This document shows positions 46,446-55,986 of a stretch of DNA of 64,000 nt, piece by piece. The stretch lies in assembly GCA_902799985.1 (NCBI GenBank), contig CADCCR010000011.1, positions 153-64,152 of the forward strand, read 5' to 3'. The translations under genes and the position numbers were made by a program. Position 1 is the first letter of the stretch. The number at the start of each line of letters is the position of its first letter. The notes below the pieces were generated by a model. The model saw nothing but the letters and a program-made list of their open reading frames with translations. It ran no database searches and was not told the origin of the DNA. Origin of the DNA: an uncultured Bacteroidales bacterium. GTDB lineage: Bacteria > Bacteroidota > Bacteroidia > Bacteroidales > Bacteroidaceae.

Positions 46446-49064
46446 ATGGCAAAAGAAGCGCTCACACCGATGATGAAACAGTTCTACGACCTCAAGGCCA
46501 AGCACCCCGAGGCGCTTCTGCTGTTCCGTTGCGGCGACTTCTACGAGACGTATGCCGACGATGCTGTCATCGCAGCCGAGATACTGGGCATCACCCTGAC
46601 GCGGCGCAACAACGGCAAGACGGGCGCCGTCGAGAGCATCGCCATGGCCGGCTTCCCCTATCATGCACTCGACACCTACCTGCCGAAGCTCGTCAGGGCA
46701 GGCAAACGTGTGGCCATCTGCGACCAGCTCGAAGACCCGAAGATGACGAAGACGCTCGTCAAGCGCGGCATCACGGAACTCGTCACGCCCGGCGTCACCA
46801 TGTCCGACACGGTGCTCAACCATCGCGAGAACAACTTCCTCTGCGCCATACACTTCGGCAGACAAGCCTGCGGCATGGCACTCCTCGACATCAGCACCGG
46901 CGAGTTCCTCGTCACGGAAGGCACAACCGACTACGTCGACAAGCTCATGTCCTCCTTCGCCCCCAAGGAAGTGCTCTACGAGCGCGGCAAGAAAGGCATG
47001 TTCGAAGGGTCGTTCGGCACACGCTACGTCACCTTCGAGCTCGACGACTGGGCCTTCACCGAGCAGACCGCCCGACAGAAACTCCTGCGCCACTTCGAGG
47101 TGACCAGCCTGAAGGGCTTCGGCGTAGAGCACATGACGAGCGCAGTGGTGGCGGCAGGTGTCATCCTGCAGTACTTGGAGATGACGCAGCATCAGCAGCT
47201 CGGACACATCACCACGCTGCGCCGCATCGAGGAGGACCGCTACGTCCGCCTCGACAAGTTCACGGTGCGCAACCTCGAACTGGTGGGCAGCATGAACGAA
47301 GGCGGCATCTCGCTCCTCGACATCATCGACCGCACCGTCACCCCCATGGGCGCCCGCATGCTCCACCGATGGATGCTCTTCCCCCTGAAGGACCCCGTGG
47401 AGATAGGGAAACGTCAGGACGTCGTGGAGTACTTCTTCCGCGACCCCGACCTCCGCGACGCTGTGTTGGAACGGCTCCGTACGGTGGGCGACCTGGAACG
47501 CATCATATCGAAGGTCAGCGCACGGCGCGTCACACCGCGCGACGTCGTACAGCTCCGCATCGCCCTGCAGGCCGTGGAGCCCATCAAACAGATGTGTCTC
47601 ACCTCCGACGACCACACGCTCCACGACATCGGACAGCGGCTCGACCTCTGTGCCGACATACGCGACCGCATCGCCCGCGAAGTGCGGCCCGACCCGCCAC
47701 TGCTCACTACCGGCGGCGGCATCATCATGGAAGGCATCAACAGCGAACTGGACGAACTGCGACACATCGCCTACCAGGGGAAGAGCTACCTGCTCGAAAT
47801 GCAGCAACGCGAAATAGAGAAGACCGGCATACAGAGCCTGAAGATAGGCTACAACAACGTCTTCGGCTACTACCTCGAGGTGCGCAACACCTATCGCGAC
47901 CAAGTGCCGGCAGACTGGATACGCAAGCAGACGCTCACACAGGCCGAACGATACATCACGCAGGAGCTCAAGGAGTACGAGGACAAGATAATGGGTGCCG
48001 AGGAACGCATCTTCAGCCTCGAGGCCATGCTCTTCGACCAGCTCATCACAGCCCTCGCAGCCTACGTCACACCCATCCAGCGCGATGCGTCGCTCCTGGC
48101 ACAGCTCGACTGCCTTCTCTCCTTTGCTCAGAGCGCCCAGGAAAACAGATACATACGTCCCATCGTGGACGACAGCGATGCCATCGACATACATGGCGGC
48201 CGGCATCCCGTCATCGAGAAGCAGCTCCCCGTGGGCGAACGCTACATCCCCAACGACGTCTTCCTCGACACACAGACACAGCAAATCATCATCATCACCG
48301 GACCGAACATGGCCGGTAAGAGCGCTCTGCTCCGCCAGACGGCACTCATCACCCTGCTGGCTCAAATGGGCAGCTTCGTGCCGGCCGAGCGGGCACGTAT
48401 CGGTTACGTGGACAAGATCTTCACCCGCGTCGGGGCCAGCGACAACATCAGCATCGGCGAGAGCACCTTCATGGTGGAGATGAACGAGGCGGCCAGCATC
48501 CTGAACAACCTCTCGGAGCGCAGTCTGGTGCTCTTCGACGAACTGGGTCGCGGCACAAGCACCTACGACGGCATCTCCATCGCATGGGCCATCGTGGAGT
48601 ACATCCACGAGAGCAACAAGGGCCGCGCCCGCACGCTTTTCGCCACACACTACCACGAACTGAACGAGATGGAACGCAGCTTCCAGCGCATCAAGAACTT
48701 CAATGTCAGCGTCAAGGAAGTCGACGGGAAGGTCATCTTCCTGCGCAAGCTCGAGCGAGGCGGCTCGGAACACAGCTTCGGCATACACGTGGCCAAGATA
48801 GCCGGCATGCCTCGCGTCATCGTCCAGCGTGCAGGAACGATTCTCGAGCAACTCGAAGGCTCCACGAGTCACAAGGACCTGGCCGGCCGCATCAAGACCG
48901 GCACCGACTCCGAGAAAGGTGTGCAGATGAACTTCTTCCAGCTCGACGACCCCGTCCTCTGTCAGATTCGCGACGAAATCCTCGGCCTCGACATCAACAA
49001 CCTCACTCCCCTCGAAGCCCTCAGCAAGCTCAACGACATCAAGAAGCTGGTGAAAGGGAAATAA
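46446..49064 (+). CDS. mutS: DNA mismatch repair protein MutS
   Basis: [30 protein letters not shown], and the Walker A motif [10 protein letters not shown]. Length 872 aa. Confidence 0.95.
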   Translation: MAKEALTPMMKQFYDLKAKHPEALLLFRCGDFYETYADDAVIAAEILGITLTRRNNGKTGAVESIAMAGFPYHALDTYLPKLVRAGKRVAICDQLEDPKMTKTLVKRGITELVTPGVTMSDTVLNHRENNFLCAIHFGRQACGMALLDISTGEFLVTEGTTDYVDKLMSSFAPKEVLYERGKKGMFEGSFGTRYVTFELDDWAFTEQTARQKLLRHFEVTSLKGFGVEHMTSAVVAAGVILQYLEMTQHQQLGHITTLRRIEEDRYVRLDKFTVRNLELVGSMNEGGISLLDIIDRTVTPMGARMLHRWMLFPLKDPVEIGKRQDVVEYFFRDPDLRDAVLERLRTVGDLERIISKVSARRVTPRDVVQLRIALQAVEPIKQMCLTSDDHTLHDIGQRLDLCADIRDRIAREVRPDPPLLTTGGGIIMEGINSELDELRHIAYQGKSYLLEMQQREIEKTGIQSLKIGYNNVFGYYLEVRNTYRDQVPADWIRKQTLTQAERYITQELKEYEDKIMGAEERIFSLEAMLFDQLITALAAYVTPIQRDASLLAQLDCLLSFAQSAQENRYIRPIVDDSDAIDIHGGRHPVIEKQLPVGERYIPNDVFLDTQTQQIIIITGPNMAGKSALLRQTALITLLAQMGSFVPAERARIGYVDKIFTRVGASDNISIGESTFMVEMNEAASILNNLSERSLVLFDELGRGTSTYDGISIAWAIVEYIHESNKGRARTLFATHYHELNEMERSFQRIKNFNVSVKEVDGKVIFLRKLERGGSEHSFGIHVAKIAGMPRVIVQRAGTILEQLEGSTSHKDLAGRIKTGTDSEKGVQMNFFQLDDPVLCQIRDEILGLDINNLTPLEALSKLNDIKKLVKGK

Positions 49065-49103
49065 CTAAATACGTCAAGACACCAAACTTCACACGTCAAA
49101 TTC

Positions 49104-49169
49104 ATTGCACATACATGTAAATGCAATTGCACATACATGTAGATGCAATTGCACATACATGTAAATGCA
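49104..49169. repeat. Three exact-period 22-bp near-palindromic units ending 6 nt before a start codon
   Basis: attgcacatacatgtaaatgca, attgcacatacatgtagatgca, attgcacatacatgtaaatgca. Confidence 0.9.
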
Positions 49170-49175
49170 AACAAT

Positions 49176-49673
49176 ATGACTCAGGAAATTGACTTGGAAA
49201 GCCGCATACAAAGGGCGGTGGAGCTGTTCATGCAGGGCTACGGCTGCTGCCAGAGTGTGCTGTGCGCCTTTGCGGACCGCTACGGACTGGACGAAGAGAT
49301 GGCGCTCAGGATTAGTGCCGGCTTCGGTGGCGGTGTGGGACGGATGCGCATGATGTGCGGCACGTGCTCGGCTTTGGTGATTCTGGCGGGCTTGGAGAAA
49401 GGCCAGACCCGTGGCGACGACCGCGAGGGGAAGGCTGCCTGCTATCAGCTCGTGCGCCAACTCCTCGAGACGTTCCGCCAGAGGAACGGCAGCATCATCT
49501 GTGCAGAACTGTTGCAGATGAACGGCCTTAAAGCGGAGACAAACACTTCGCAGCCCGACGAGCGCAACGCCGAATACTACCGCGTGCGGCCTTGTGCCCG
49601 CAAGGTGGAGAGCGCGGCGCGTGTCTTTGCCGAGTGGATTGCCTCCGATTCCAACCGGAGCGAAACTTTGTAG
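49176..49673 (+). CDS. C_GCAxxG_C_C family protein
   Basis: LFMQGYGCCQSVLCAF...MMCGTCSALVIL...SIICAELL...RPCARKV. The Met at 49176 is preferred over 49143, which lies inside the repeat. Confidence 0.75.
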   Translation: MTQEIDLESRIQRAVELFMQGYGCCQSVLCAFADRYGLDEEMALRISAGFGGGVGRMRMMCGTCSALVILAGLEKGQTRGDDREGKAACYQLVRQLLETFRQRNGSIICAELLQMNGLKAETNTSQPDERNAEYYRVRPCARKVESAARVFAEWIASDSNRSETL

Positions 49674-49682
49674 CACGCCAAC

Positions 49683-51650
49683 ATGCGGTGGTCTGTTCTC
49701 CTTTTGCTATGGCTCTTCCCTCTTGTTGAAGCTATGGCTCAGAACTCCTCCCCTTTGGTGGAGGCTGGGAGAGGGGCTTCGTGGGACGACTTTGTCGAGG
49801 AATATCTGAGCGACGAGGAACGGGCTGACGACGAGGACCTGCAGCTGCATCTGCAAGACCTCAAGGAACTTTCCGAACACCCCCTGAACATCAACACGGC
49901 AACCGTAGAGGACCTTCTGCAGTTGCCGTTCCTGTCTGAGGCACAGATAGAACAGATACATGCCTACATCTACCTGCACGGACAGATGCAGACGCTCTCG
50001 GAACTGCGACTGGTGCCGCTCATCGACGATGCGACACGCCGCTGGCTCTCCCTCTTCGCCTATGCCGGGACGGAGCAACACGAGGACCGCCGCTTCCTGG
50101 GCCGCCTGCATCACGACATCTCGTCGCGCCTCGACGTGCCCCTCTACTACCGCATGGGACAGCAGCGGGCCGACGGTTACAGGGGCGATGCGCTCTATCA
50201 TCGCCTGCGCTACACGCTCTCCGACGGCCGGCACCTGCAGGCGGGACTGCGCATAGAGAAGGATGCAGGCGAACGCTTCTACGACAGCTACGGCGCCTAC
50301 GCCATGCTGCAGGATGTGGGACCGCTGCAGAAGGCCGTCGTAGGCGACTACCGCATCGGCTTCGGCGAAGGGCTGGTGATGGGCGGTTCGACGTGGCACA
50401 GCAAGTCGACACCGCCGCTGAAGGTGCAGGGTGGACTGCGACCGATGACGGGCATGGACGAGGTGAACTTCCTGCGCGGCGCGGCTGTGACGTTCTCGCT
50501 GGGCAGACATGTCAGTCTGAGCGCGTTCGGTTCCTATCGCAAGCGCGATGCTACGCTGACCGACGAGGGCGAGGTGCAGACCTTGCGCACAGACGGTTAT
50601 CACCGGACAGCATCGGAATGGGACAGGAGGCGGAACGTGGGCAGCACCATGCTGGGCGGCAACATCGCCTGGCAGGGCAGCGGCTTCCACCTGGGAGCCA
50701 CAGGCTACTGGCAGCAGTTCAGCCGCTCCCTCAACCCCGGCACGCAGCAGTATCGTGCCATTTATCCCAAAGGAAAGACCTTCGGCACGGCAGGCGTGAA
50801 CTATGGCTACACGCGCTACCGCATCGCACTGGCCGGCGAGACGGCCTACAGCACAGCCGGCGGGGGCATGGCCACCGTGAACCGCATCTCGTGGACCCCA
50901 AGCCGACGCTACACGCTCTCCGTCGTGCAACGCTTCTTCTCCTATAACTATTATTCCTTCTACGGCAGCACCTTGAGCGAGAACAGCTCGCCGCAGAACG
51001 AGAGCGGCGTGCTCGTACACCTGCAAGCCGAGCCGCTGGCGGGACTCTCGCTGACGGCCTATGCCGATTTCTTCCACAATCCCTGGCCGCGCTACCGCAT
51101 GACGCACAGCAGCACCGGCCAGGACTTCATGCTGCAAGGCACGTATGCCCTCTCCCGAAGGCAGACCATCATGGCACGATATCAGTTGAAGCGCAAGGAG
51201 AACGGCGACCGCATGGAGCCGCACCACCGCGTGAAGTTGCAGTGGACCTGCGAAGCATCCGGCCGTTGGCGCCTGCAGACGACGGGTTCCTTCCACAGCG
51301 TGCTGGGCTGCAAAGGCTTCCTCCTGAGCCAAAACGCCCGTTTCATCGTAAAAAAACCGGGCTTGACCCTCAACGGACAGCTCGGATACTTCCACACCGA
51401 CGACTACGCGAGCCGCATCTACGTCCAGCATCCTGCACTCTTCAGCAGCGTCTCGTCGGCCTCCTACTACGGGCACGGCATGCTGGGCGTCGCCACGTGC
51501 CGCTGGCAAAGCAAGAACAGACGTTGGATGCTCGAAGGGCGTTACAGTCTGCTCCGCTACTTCGACCGCGACGAGCAGGGCACAGGTCTGCAGGCCATCA
51601 TGAGCGCCTGGAAGAACGACATCTCCGTGCAGTTCCGCATAAGGATATAG
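49683..51650 (+). CDS. Helix-hairpin-helix domain protein with a large C-terminal beta-rich region
   Basis: Signal peptide, HhH segments (LNINTATVEDLLQLPFLSEAQIEQI), then about 500 aa rich in aromatic-alternating strands. Confidence 0.8.
   Translation: MRWSVLLLLWLFPLVEAMAQNSSPLVEAGRGASWDDFVEEYLSDEERADDEDLQLHLQDLKELSEHPLNINTATVEDLLQLPFLSEAQIEQIHAYIYLHGQMQTLSELRLVPLIDDATRRWLSLFAYAGTEQHEDRRFLGRLHHDISSRLDVPLYYRMGQQRADGYRGDALYHRLRYTLSDGRHLQAGLRIEKDAGERFYDSYGAYAMLQDVGPLQKAVVGDYRIGFGEGLVMGGSTWHSKSTPPLKVQGGLRPMTGMDEVNFLRGAAVTFSLGRHVSLSAFGSYRKRDATLTDEGEVQTLRTDGYHRTASEWDRRRNVGSTMLGGNIAWQGSGFHLGATGYWQQFSRSLNPGTQQYRAIYPKGKTFGTAGVNYGYTRYRIALAGETAYSTAGGGMATVNRISWTPSRRYTLSVVQRFFSYNYYSFYGSTLSENSSPQNESGVLVHLQAEPLAGLSLTAYADFFHNPWPRYRMTHSSTGQDFMLQGTYALSRRQTIMARYQLKRKENGDRMEPHHRVKLQWTCEASGRWRLQTTGSFHSVLGCKGFLLSQNARFIVKKPGLTLNGQLGYFHTDDYASRIYVQHPALFSSVSSASYYGHGMLGVATCRWQSKNRRWMLEGRYSLLRYFDRDEQGTGLQAIMSAWKNDISVQFRIRI
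49746..49779. repeat. GC-rich palindromic element in frame just after the signal peptide
   Basis: ctcctcccctttggtggaggctgggagaggggctt, which encodes SSPLVEAGRGAS. Confidence 0.8.
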
Positions 51651-51695
51651 TGTGAACAAGAAGACACGGCGTGCGCTTCTGCCGGAAGCGCCGTT

Positions 51696-51955
51696 CGTGC
51701 GGATTTGAAATCCGCACGCTTGAATATAGGGATTTATAATCCCGCAACTCTTTTTGCCGCATTTCAAATGCTTATATCCAATGCTGTCGGATTGCAAATC
51801 CGACAGAACATTACAAGAAGCGCCCCGTGCTTATTTTGGAAGCGCGGATTGCAAATCCGACAGAACATTACAAGAAGCGCCCCGTACTTATTTCGGAAGC
51901 GCTAGGCGCTTATTCCGGAAGCACAGGGCGCTTATTTTGGAAGCGCACGCCGTGT
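51696..51955. repeat. Composite repeat region: GGATT-loop-AATCC hairpins, a roughly 57-bp direct duplication and 22-bp hairpin units
   Basis: Hairpins at 51696-51716, 51728-51742, 51784-51804 and 51843-51860. A direct repeat spans 51787-51843 and 51845-51900. 22-bp units run to about 51955. Confidence 0.85.
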
Positions 51956-51965
51956 CTGTATGAAG

Positions 51966-53435
51966 TCAGTGGCGTGTTGGCCTCTTTGTCCTGGACTTTT
52001 GACGGTTTCCCTTCGACGTTGCGTTGAGGGGAATGAGCAGTGTGGTGATGCTCCTCTCGGGGAGTCCGACCTCGATGATGCCGTCGGAGGTGATGCCGAC
52101 GTTGCCAATCGGCTCCATCGACTCGGTTTCGCTGGAGCGCCAGGCCTGGATGCCGCCATTCACGTCAGCCCCCAACAGACTGATGTGGTGGGTGCTTGGC
52201 TCCTTGTCGCCCAGCAGGACGACGGTCAGCGTGTCGGCTTCGGGATTGATGGCAGCCAGCGACTGTCCGTTCCGGCTCTCCACGATGTGGTAGCCCTGAC
52301 GGATGAATCGCGTGAAGTGCTGGCGGACGTAGAAGTTCTTCACCTTGCGGTAAGTGCCTCGGGCAAAGTTGCCCTGGACGAGGCACCATTGGTCGCCGTA
52401 CTCCTCCACGTACTGCCAGTCCAGCCAGGCCGAGGGCCTGATGTCGCGCATGTCGTCGATGAGGCGCTGAGCCATGTTCAGGTTGCCCTCGATGCCTCTG
52501 CCGCCGCTGCCCGACTCGCTCATCCAGACCTCTTTGCCAGCGTTCCGGGCCAGGTCGCCCACCTTGCGTCGCGTGTCCCTGTCGGCCGAATAAGTGTGGG
52601 TGTTCCACTGCCCAATCAGGTCGATGGCGCCGCTCCGGAGGTACTCCTTCAGCACCGCGAGGCTGTGCTTGGTGCACGTCTCGTCGCTTGCGCTGATGAT
52701 GGTGCGCAGACCGCTCTCCTTCAGGATGGGAGCCAGCACACGCAGGAATGCCACCTGGCTTGTGGCGTCGAAGTGGCAACCCTCCTGCGAGCCCGACCGA
52801 TACCAGTAGTCCGTGGTGGGTTCGTTGAAGGGCTCCAGCGTCTTGAACTCAATGCCGTACGTGTCGCGATAGTGCAGACATACGTCGACAAGATAGCGTG
52901 CGAAGTCCTCGTAGCAGTCGGTGCGCAGATTGTCCGTCCGGGCATCCTGGTGCCCCGCCGCACAGCCGCTGACGGTCATCCACCAGGGCGGACTGTTCGA
53001 GAAGGCTTCGAAGATGGCGTCCGGACGCTTCTCCTTTATCTTGAGCATGATGCGTCGCTGGGCAGAATCGCGTTCCCATCGGTACGGGCCTCCGCGTTCG
53101 TCCTGGAATCCCTCCATTTCGGCTCGCAGACCTTTCCCCTTTCCCATGTGGTGGACGTCGCAGTTCGTCCACTCGGGGTCGTCGCCTCCACCGATGTTGT
53201 AGCGGAAGATGTTCCAGTTCAGTCCGTCGGGGCTGACCATCCAGTCAATGAGTTGGTCGATGCTTTCCTCGTCCCATTTGCCGCACATATTGGCCCACCA
53301 GCACAGGCTCACGCCCCATCCCTCCACCGTTTGGCGGCGGGCATCGACGTCCACAGCGTACTCATGCCGGTGCTGAGCCGTTGCGGTCAGAACCGTCATG
53401 AAGAGGGCGATTGCCAGGGAGCCGGAGCCTTTCAT
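51966..53435 (-). CDS. GH30 family glycoside hydrolase (O-glycosyl hydrolase family 30)
   Basis: Signal peptide, then ...QTVEGWGVSLCWWANMCGKW...FEAFSNSPPWWMT...MSESGSGG... Family assignment is by motif recall only. Confidence 0.7.
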   Translation of the reverse strand: MKGSGSLAIALFMTVLTATAQHRHEYAVDVDARRQTVEGWGVSLCWWANMCGKWDEESIDQLIDWMVSPDGLNWNIFRYNIGGGDDPEWTNCDVHHMGKGKGLRAEMEGFQDERGGPYRWERDSAQRRIMLKIKEKRPDAIFEAFSNSPPWWMTVSGCAAGHQDARTDNLRTDCYEDFARYLVDVCLHYRDTYGIEFKTLEPFNEPTTDYWYRSGSQEGCHFDATSQVAFLRVLAPILKESGLRTIISASDETCTKHSLAVLKEYLRSGAIDLIGQWNTHTYSADRDTRRKVGDLARNAGKEVWMSESGSGGRGIEGNLNMAQRLIDDMRDIRPSAWLDWQYVEEYGDQWCLVQGNFARGTYRKVKNFYVRQHFTRFIRQGYHIVESRNGQSLAAINPEADTLTVVLLGDKEPSTHHISLLGADVNGGIQAWRSSETESMEPIGNVGITSDGIIEVGLPERSITTLLIPLNATSKGNRQKSRTKRPTRH

Positions 53436-53452
53436 GTGTCAAGGCTTGGGGT

Positions 53453-54289
53453 TCAGCGTTTCTCGGCCAACGCCTTGCAGTACTTCCCGCCGAACATGCA
53501 GTAGAGTCCGAGCACGACGAAGGGGATAGAGAGCAGTTGGCCCATGTTCAGGAGCATGCCGCTTTCGAAGTCCACCTGGTTCTCCTTGGTGTACTCGATG
53601 AAGATGCGGCTCAGGAAGATCATGAAGAGGCAGAGCCCGAAGAAGAAGCCTGTGCCCACTTTCTGCGGGTAGCGGCGGTACAAAATCCAGCTGATGACGA
53701 AGAATATGGCGTAGCAGATGGCCTCGTAGAGCTGTCCGGGATGGCGCGGAAGCTGGTCGACGCGCTCGAAGATGAACGCCCAGGGCACGTCGGTCGGTCG
53801 GCCGATAATCTCGGAATTCATCAGGTTGCCGATGCGGATGGCACAGGCGCAGACAGGAGTGACAATGCCGACGTTGTCCAGCACGTGCATGATGTTGAGC
53901 TTCACGTGGCGGGCATAGAGCCAGAGGGCAAGCATCAGTCCCAGCGTACCGCCGTGACTGGCAAGGCCTTCGTAGCCGGTGTACGTCCAGCCCTTCCCGG
54001 GTATGTTGCGGGCAGGCAGTATCATCTCGATGGGGTGCGACAGGTAGTAGCCGGGCTCGTAGAACAGACAATGTCCCAGACGCGCACCGATGAGGATGCC
54101 CAGGAAGCAGTACAGGAACATCGGGTCGAACTTCTCTTCGGCAATCTTCTGCTGCCGGTAGAGCATGTGCATCAGCAGATAGACGCTCATCAAGCCGACT
54201 GCCCAGCACAGCGAGTACCAGCGAATGGCAAAGAAACCCAGGTCGAGGGCAATGATGTCGGGGTTCCAAGTGATGAATTGGAATTGCAT
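53453..54289 (-). CDS. lgt: Prolipoprotein diacylglyceryl transferase
   Basis: ...[14 protein letters not shown]...[15 protein letters not shown]...[24 protein letters not shown]...HPGQLYEA. Length 278 aa. Confidence 0.9.
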   Translation of the reverse strand: MQFQFITWNPDIIALDLGFFAIRWYSLCWAVGLMSVYLLMHMLYRQQKIAEEKFDPMFLYCFLGILIGARLGHCLFYEPGYYLSHPIEMILPARNIPGKGWTYTGYEGLASHGGTLGLMLALWLYARHVKLNIMHVLDNVGIVTPVCACAIRIGNLMNSEIIGRPTDVPWAFIFERVDQLPRHPGQLYEAICYAIFFVISWILYRRYPQKVGTGFFFGLCLFMIFLSRIFIEYTKENQVDFESGMLLNMGQLLSIPFVVLGLYCMFGGKYCKALAEKR

Positions 54290-54292
54290 TTC

Positions 54293-54329
54293 AAATTAAA
54301 GATTAAGGATTAAAGATTAAAGATTAAGG
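54293..54329. repeat. Left arm of an inverted octamer-repeat pair flanking the four-helix-bundle gene
   Basis: aaattaaagattaaggattaaagattaaagattaagg, complementary to 54789-54822. Confidence 0.85.
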
Positions 54330-54368
54330 CTTGATTGTCTTGTAGGTGTGTTTCTGTTTAATTAATGT

Positions 54369-54761
54369 TTAAAGCTTTTGTTGTGATGGGCTGTAGTCGC
54401 CATTGTCTATTATTGATTTGTGTAAAGCAGACAGCTGTCTGTTAATAGGTATAATCTGGCTTTCTAATTCTTTTAGTTGCTCTTCGCTAATATAGTTCTC
54501 GTCCTGCGACAGCTCTAACTCGCACATAACTTCATTAAGTGAACCAAAGGCAATTTGTATAAAATGCGCCTTCTCTTTGGCAGAGAAGCGTCCGAATCCT
54601 TCAGCGATATTAATCGGGATTGACATGACAGCTCGCCGGAGCTGGTCGCACAGACCATATCGCTCATCAGCAGGGAAGGTTTTAATAAGCTTACACACAG
54701 CATGAGACAATGCTTTTGCTCGCTTGTAAACCTCTAACTTCCGATAGTAAAACTCTTCCAT
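54369..54761 (-). CDS. Four-helix-bundle protein (23S rRNA intervening-sequence protein family)
   Basis: YRKLEVYKRAKALSHAVCKLIKTFPADERYGLCDQLRRAVMSIPINIAEGFGR...AFGSLNEV..EL matches the family pattern. The gene is AT-rich compared with its neighbours. Confidence 0.85.
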   Translation of the reverse strand: MEEFYYRKLEVYKRAKALSHAVCKLIKTFPADERYGLCDQLRRAVMSIPINIAEGFGRFSAKEKAHFIQIAFGSLNEVMCELELSQDENYISEEQLKELESQIIPINRQLSALHKSIIDNGDYSPSQQKL

Positions 54762-54788
54762 CCTGCAATGGACTTTAGATACAAACAG

Positions 54789-54822
54789 CTTTAATCCTTA
54801 ATCTTTAATCTTTAATCCTTTT
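54789..54822. repeat. Right arm of the inverted octamer-repeat pair
   Basis: ctttaatccttaatctttaatctttaatcctttt. Confidence 0.85.
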
Positions 54823-54827
54823 CAACG

Positions 54828-55925
54828 CTACACGTTGAAACGGAAATGCATGATGTCGCCGTCCTGCACCACATAGTCCTTGCCTTCCACACTCATCTTG
54901 CCTGCTTCGCGGACGGCAGCCTCGCTACCATATTTAATATAGTCCTCGTACTTGATGACTTCGGCGCGGATGAAGCCCTTCTCGAAGTCGGTGTGGATGA
55001 CGCCGGCACACTGCGGGGCCTTCCATCCGCGGCGGAACGTCCAGGCCTTCACCTCCATCTCGCCTGCCGTGATGAACGTCTGCAGGGTGAGAAGATGGTA
55101 GATGGATTTGATGAGGCGGTTGCAGCCGCTCTCCGTTAGGCCCATGTCTTCGAGGAACATCTGCTTCTCCTCGTAGGTCTCCAGCTCGGCGATGTCGGCT
55201 TCGGTCTGTGCCGAGATAATCATCATCTCAGCATCCTCGCCGGCGATGGCCTGCTTGACGGCTTCGGTATAGGCGTTGCCTGTGGCGGCAGAGGCGTCGT
55301 CGACATTGCAGACGTAGAGCACAGGTTTCGTGGTGAGCAGGAAGAGACTGTTGGCAGCCGCCAGTTCGTCCTCGGTCTCGAAGCTGACGCTCCGGGCACT
55401 GAGGCCTTTGCTGAGGGCGTCCTGATAGCGGAGCAGGACGTCGAGCTCCACTTTGGCCTGCTTGTCGCCGCCCACGCGTGCCTGCTTCTCCACCTTCTTG
55501 ATGCGGTTCTCTATCGTTTCGAGGTCCTTGATTTGCAGCTCGGCGTCGATGATTTCCTTGTCGCGGACGGGGTCCACGCTGCCGTCGACGTGCACGATAC
55601 CGTCGTTGTCGAAGCAGCGGAGCACGTGGATGATGGCATCGCACTCGCGGATGTTGGCCAGGAACTGGTTGCCCAGTCCTTCGCCTTTGCTGGCTCCCTT
55701 CACGAGTCCGGCAATGTCGACAATGTCGCAGACGGCGGGCACGATGCGTCCCGGATGCACGAGTTCGGCAAGGCGGGTCAGTCTTTCGTCTGGCACAGTG
55801 ACTTGTCCGAGCTGGGCATCAATGGTGCAGAAGGGGAAATTGGCAGCCTGAGCTTTCGCGCTCGACAGGCAGTTGAAGAGGGTCGACTTGCCGACATTGG
55901 GCAGTCCTACTATTCCGGCTTTCAT
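54828..55925 (-). CDS. ychF: Redox-regulated ATPase YchF
   Basis: MKAGIVGLPNVGKSTLFN..., a C-terminal TGS-like region ...KAWTFRRGWKAPQCAGVIHTDFEKGFIRAEV, and a length of 365 aa. Confidence 0.95.
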   Translation of the reverse strand: MKAGIVGLPNVGKSTLFNCLSSAKAQAANFPFCTIDAQLGQVTVPDERLTRLAELVHPGRIVPAVCDIVDIAGLVKGASKGEGLGNQFLANIRECDAIIHVLRCFDNDGIVHVDGSVDPVRDKEIIDAELQIKDLETIENRIKKVEKQARVGGDKQAKVELDVLLRYQDALSKGLSARSVSFETEDELAAANSLFLLTTKPVLYVCNVDDASAATGNAYTEAVKQAIAGEDAEMMIISAQTEADIAELETYEEKQMFLEDMGLTESGCNRLIKSIYHLLTLQTFITAGEMEVKAWTFRRGWKAPQCAGVIHTDFEKGFIRAEVIKYEDYIKYGSEAAVREAGKMSVEGKDYVVQDGDIMHFRFNV

Positions 55926-55931
55926 TGTTTC

Positions 55932-55964
55932 AATTCATAATTCATAATTCACAATTCATAATTA
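55932..55964. repeat. Octamer tandem repeat (AATTCATA family) immediately upstream of ychF
   Basis: aattcataattcataattcacaattcataatta. Confidence 0.8.
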
Positions 55965-55986
55965 CAATCCCGCTGCCGAGGTGCGA

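Noticed and set aside
46118-48872. 733-aa (plus, Arg/His/Pro-rich) and 849-aa (minus) ORFs overlapping mutS
   Set aside because: MutS is unambiguous in its own frame. The alternatives have extreme low-complexity composition and no motifs.
51696-51860. Possible tRNA genes or tRNA fragments marking an integration site
   Set aside because: Only anticodon-arm-like hairpins are present. There is no acceptor stem and no GTTCGAATC-like T arm, and there is no integrase nearby.
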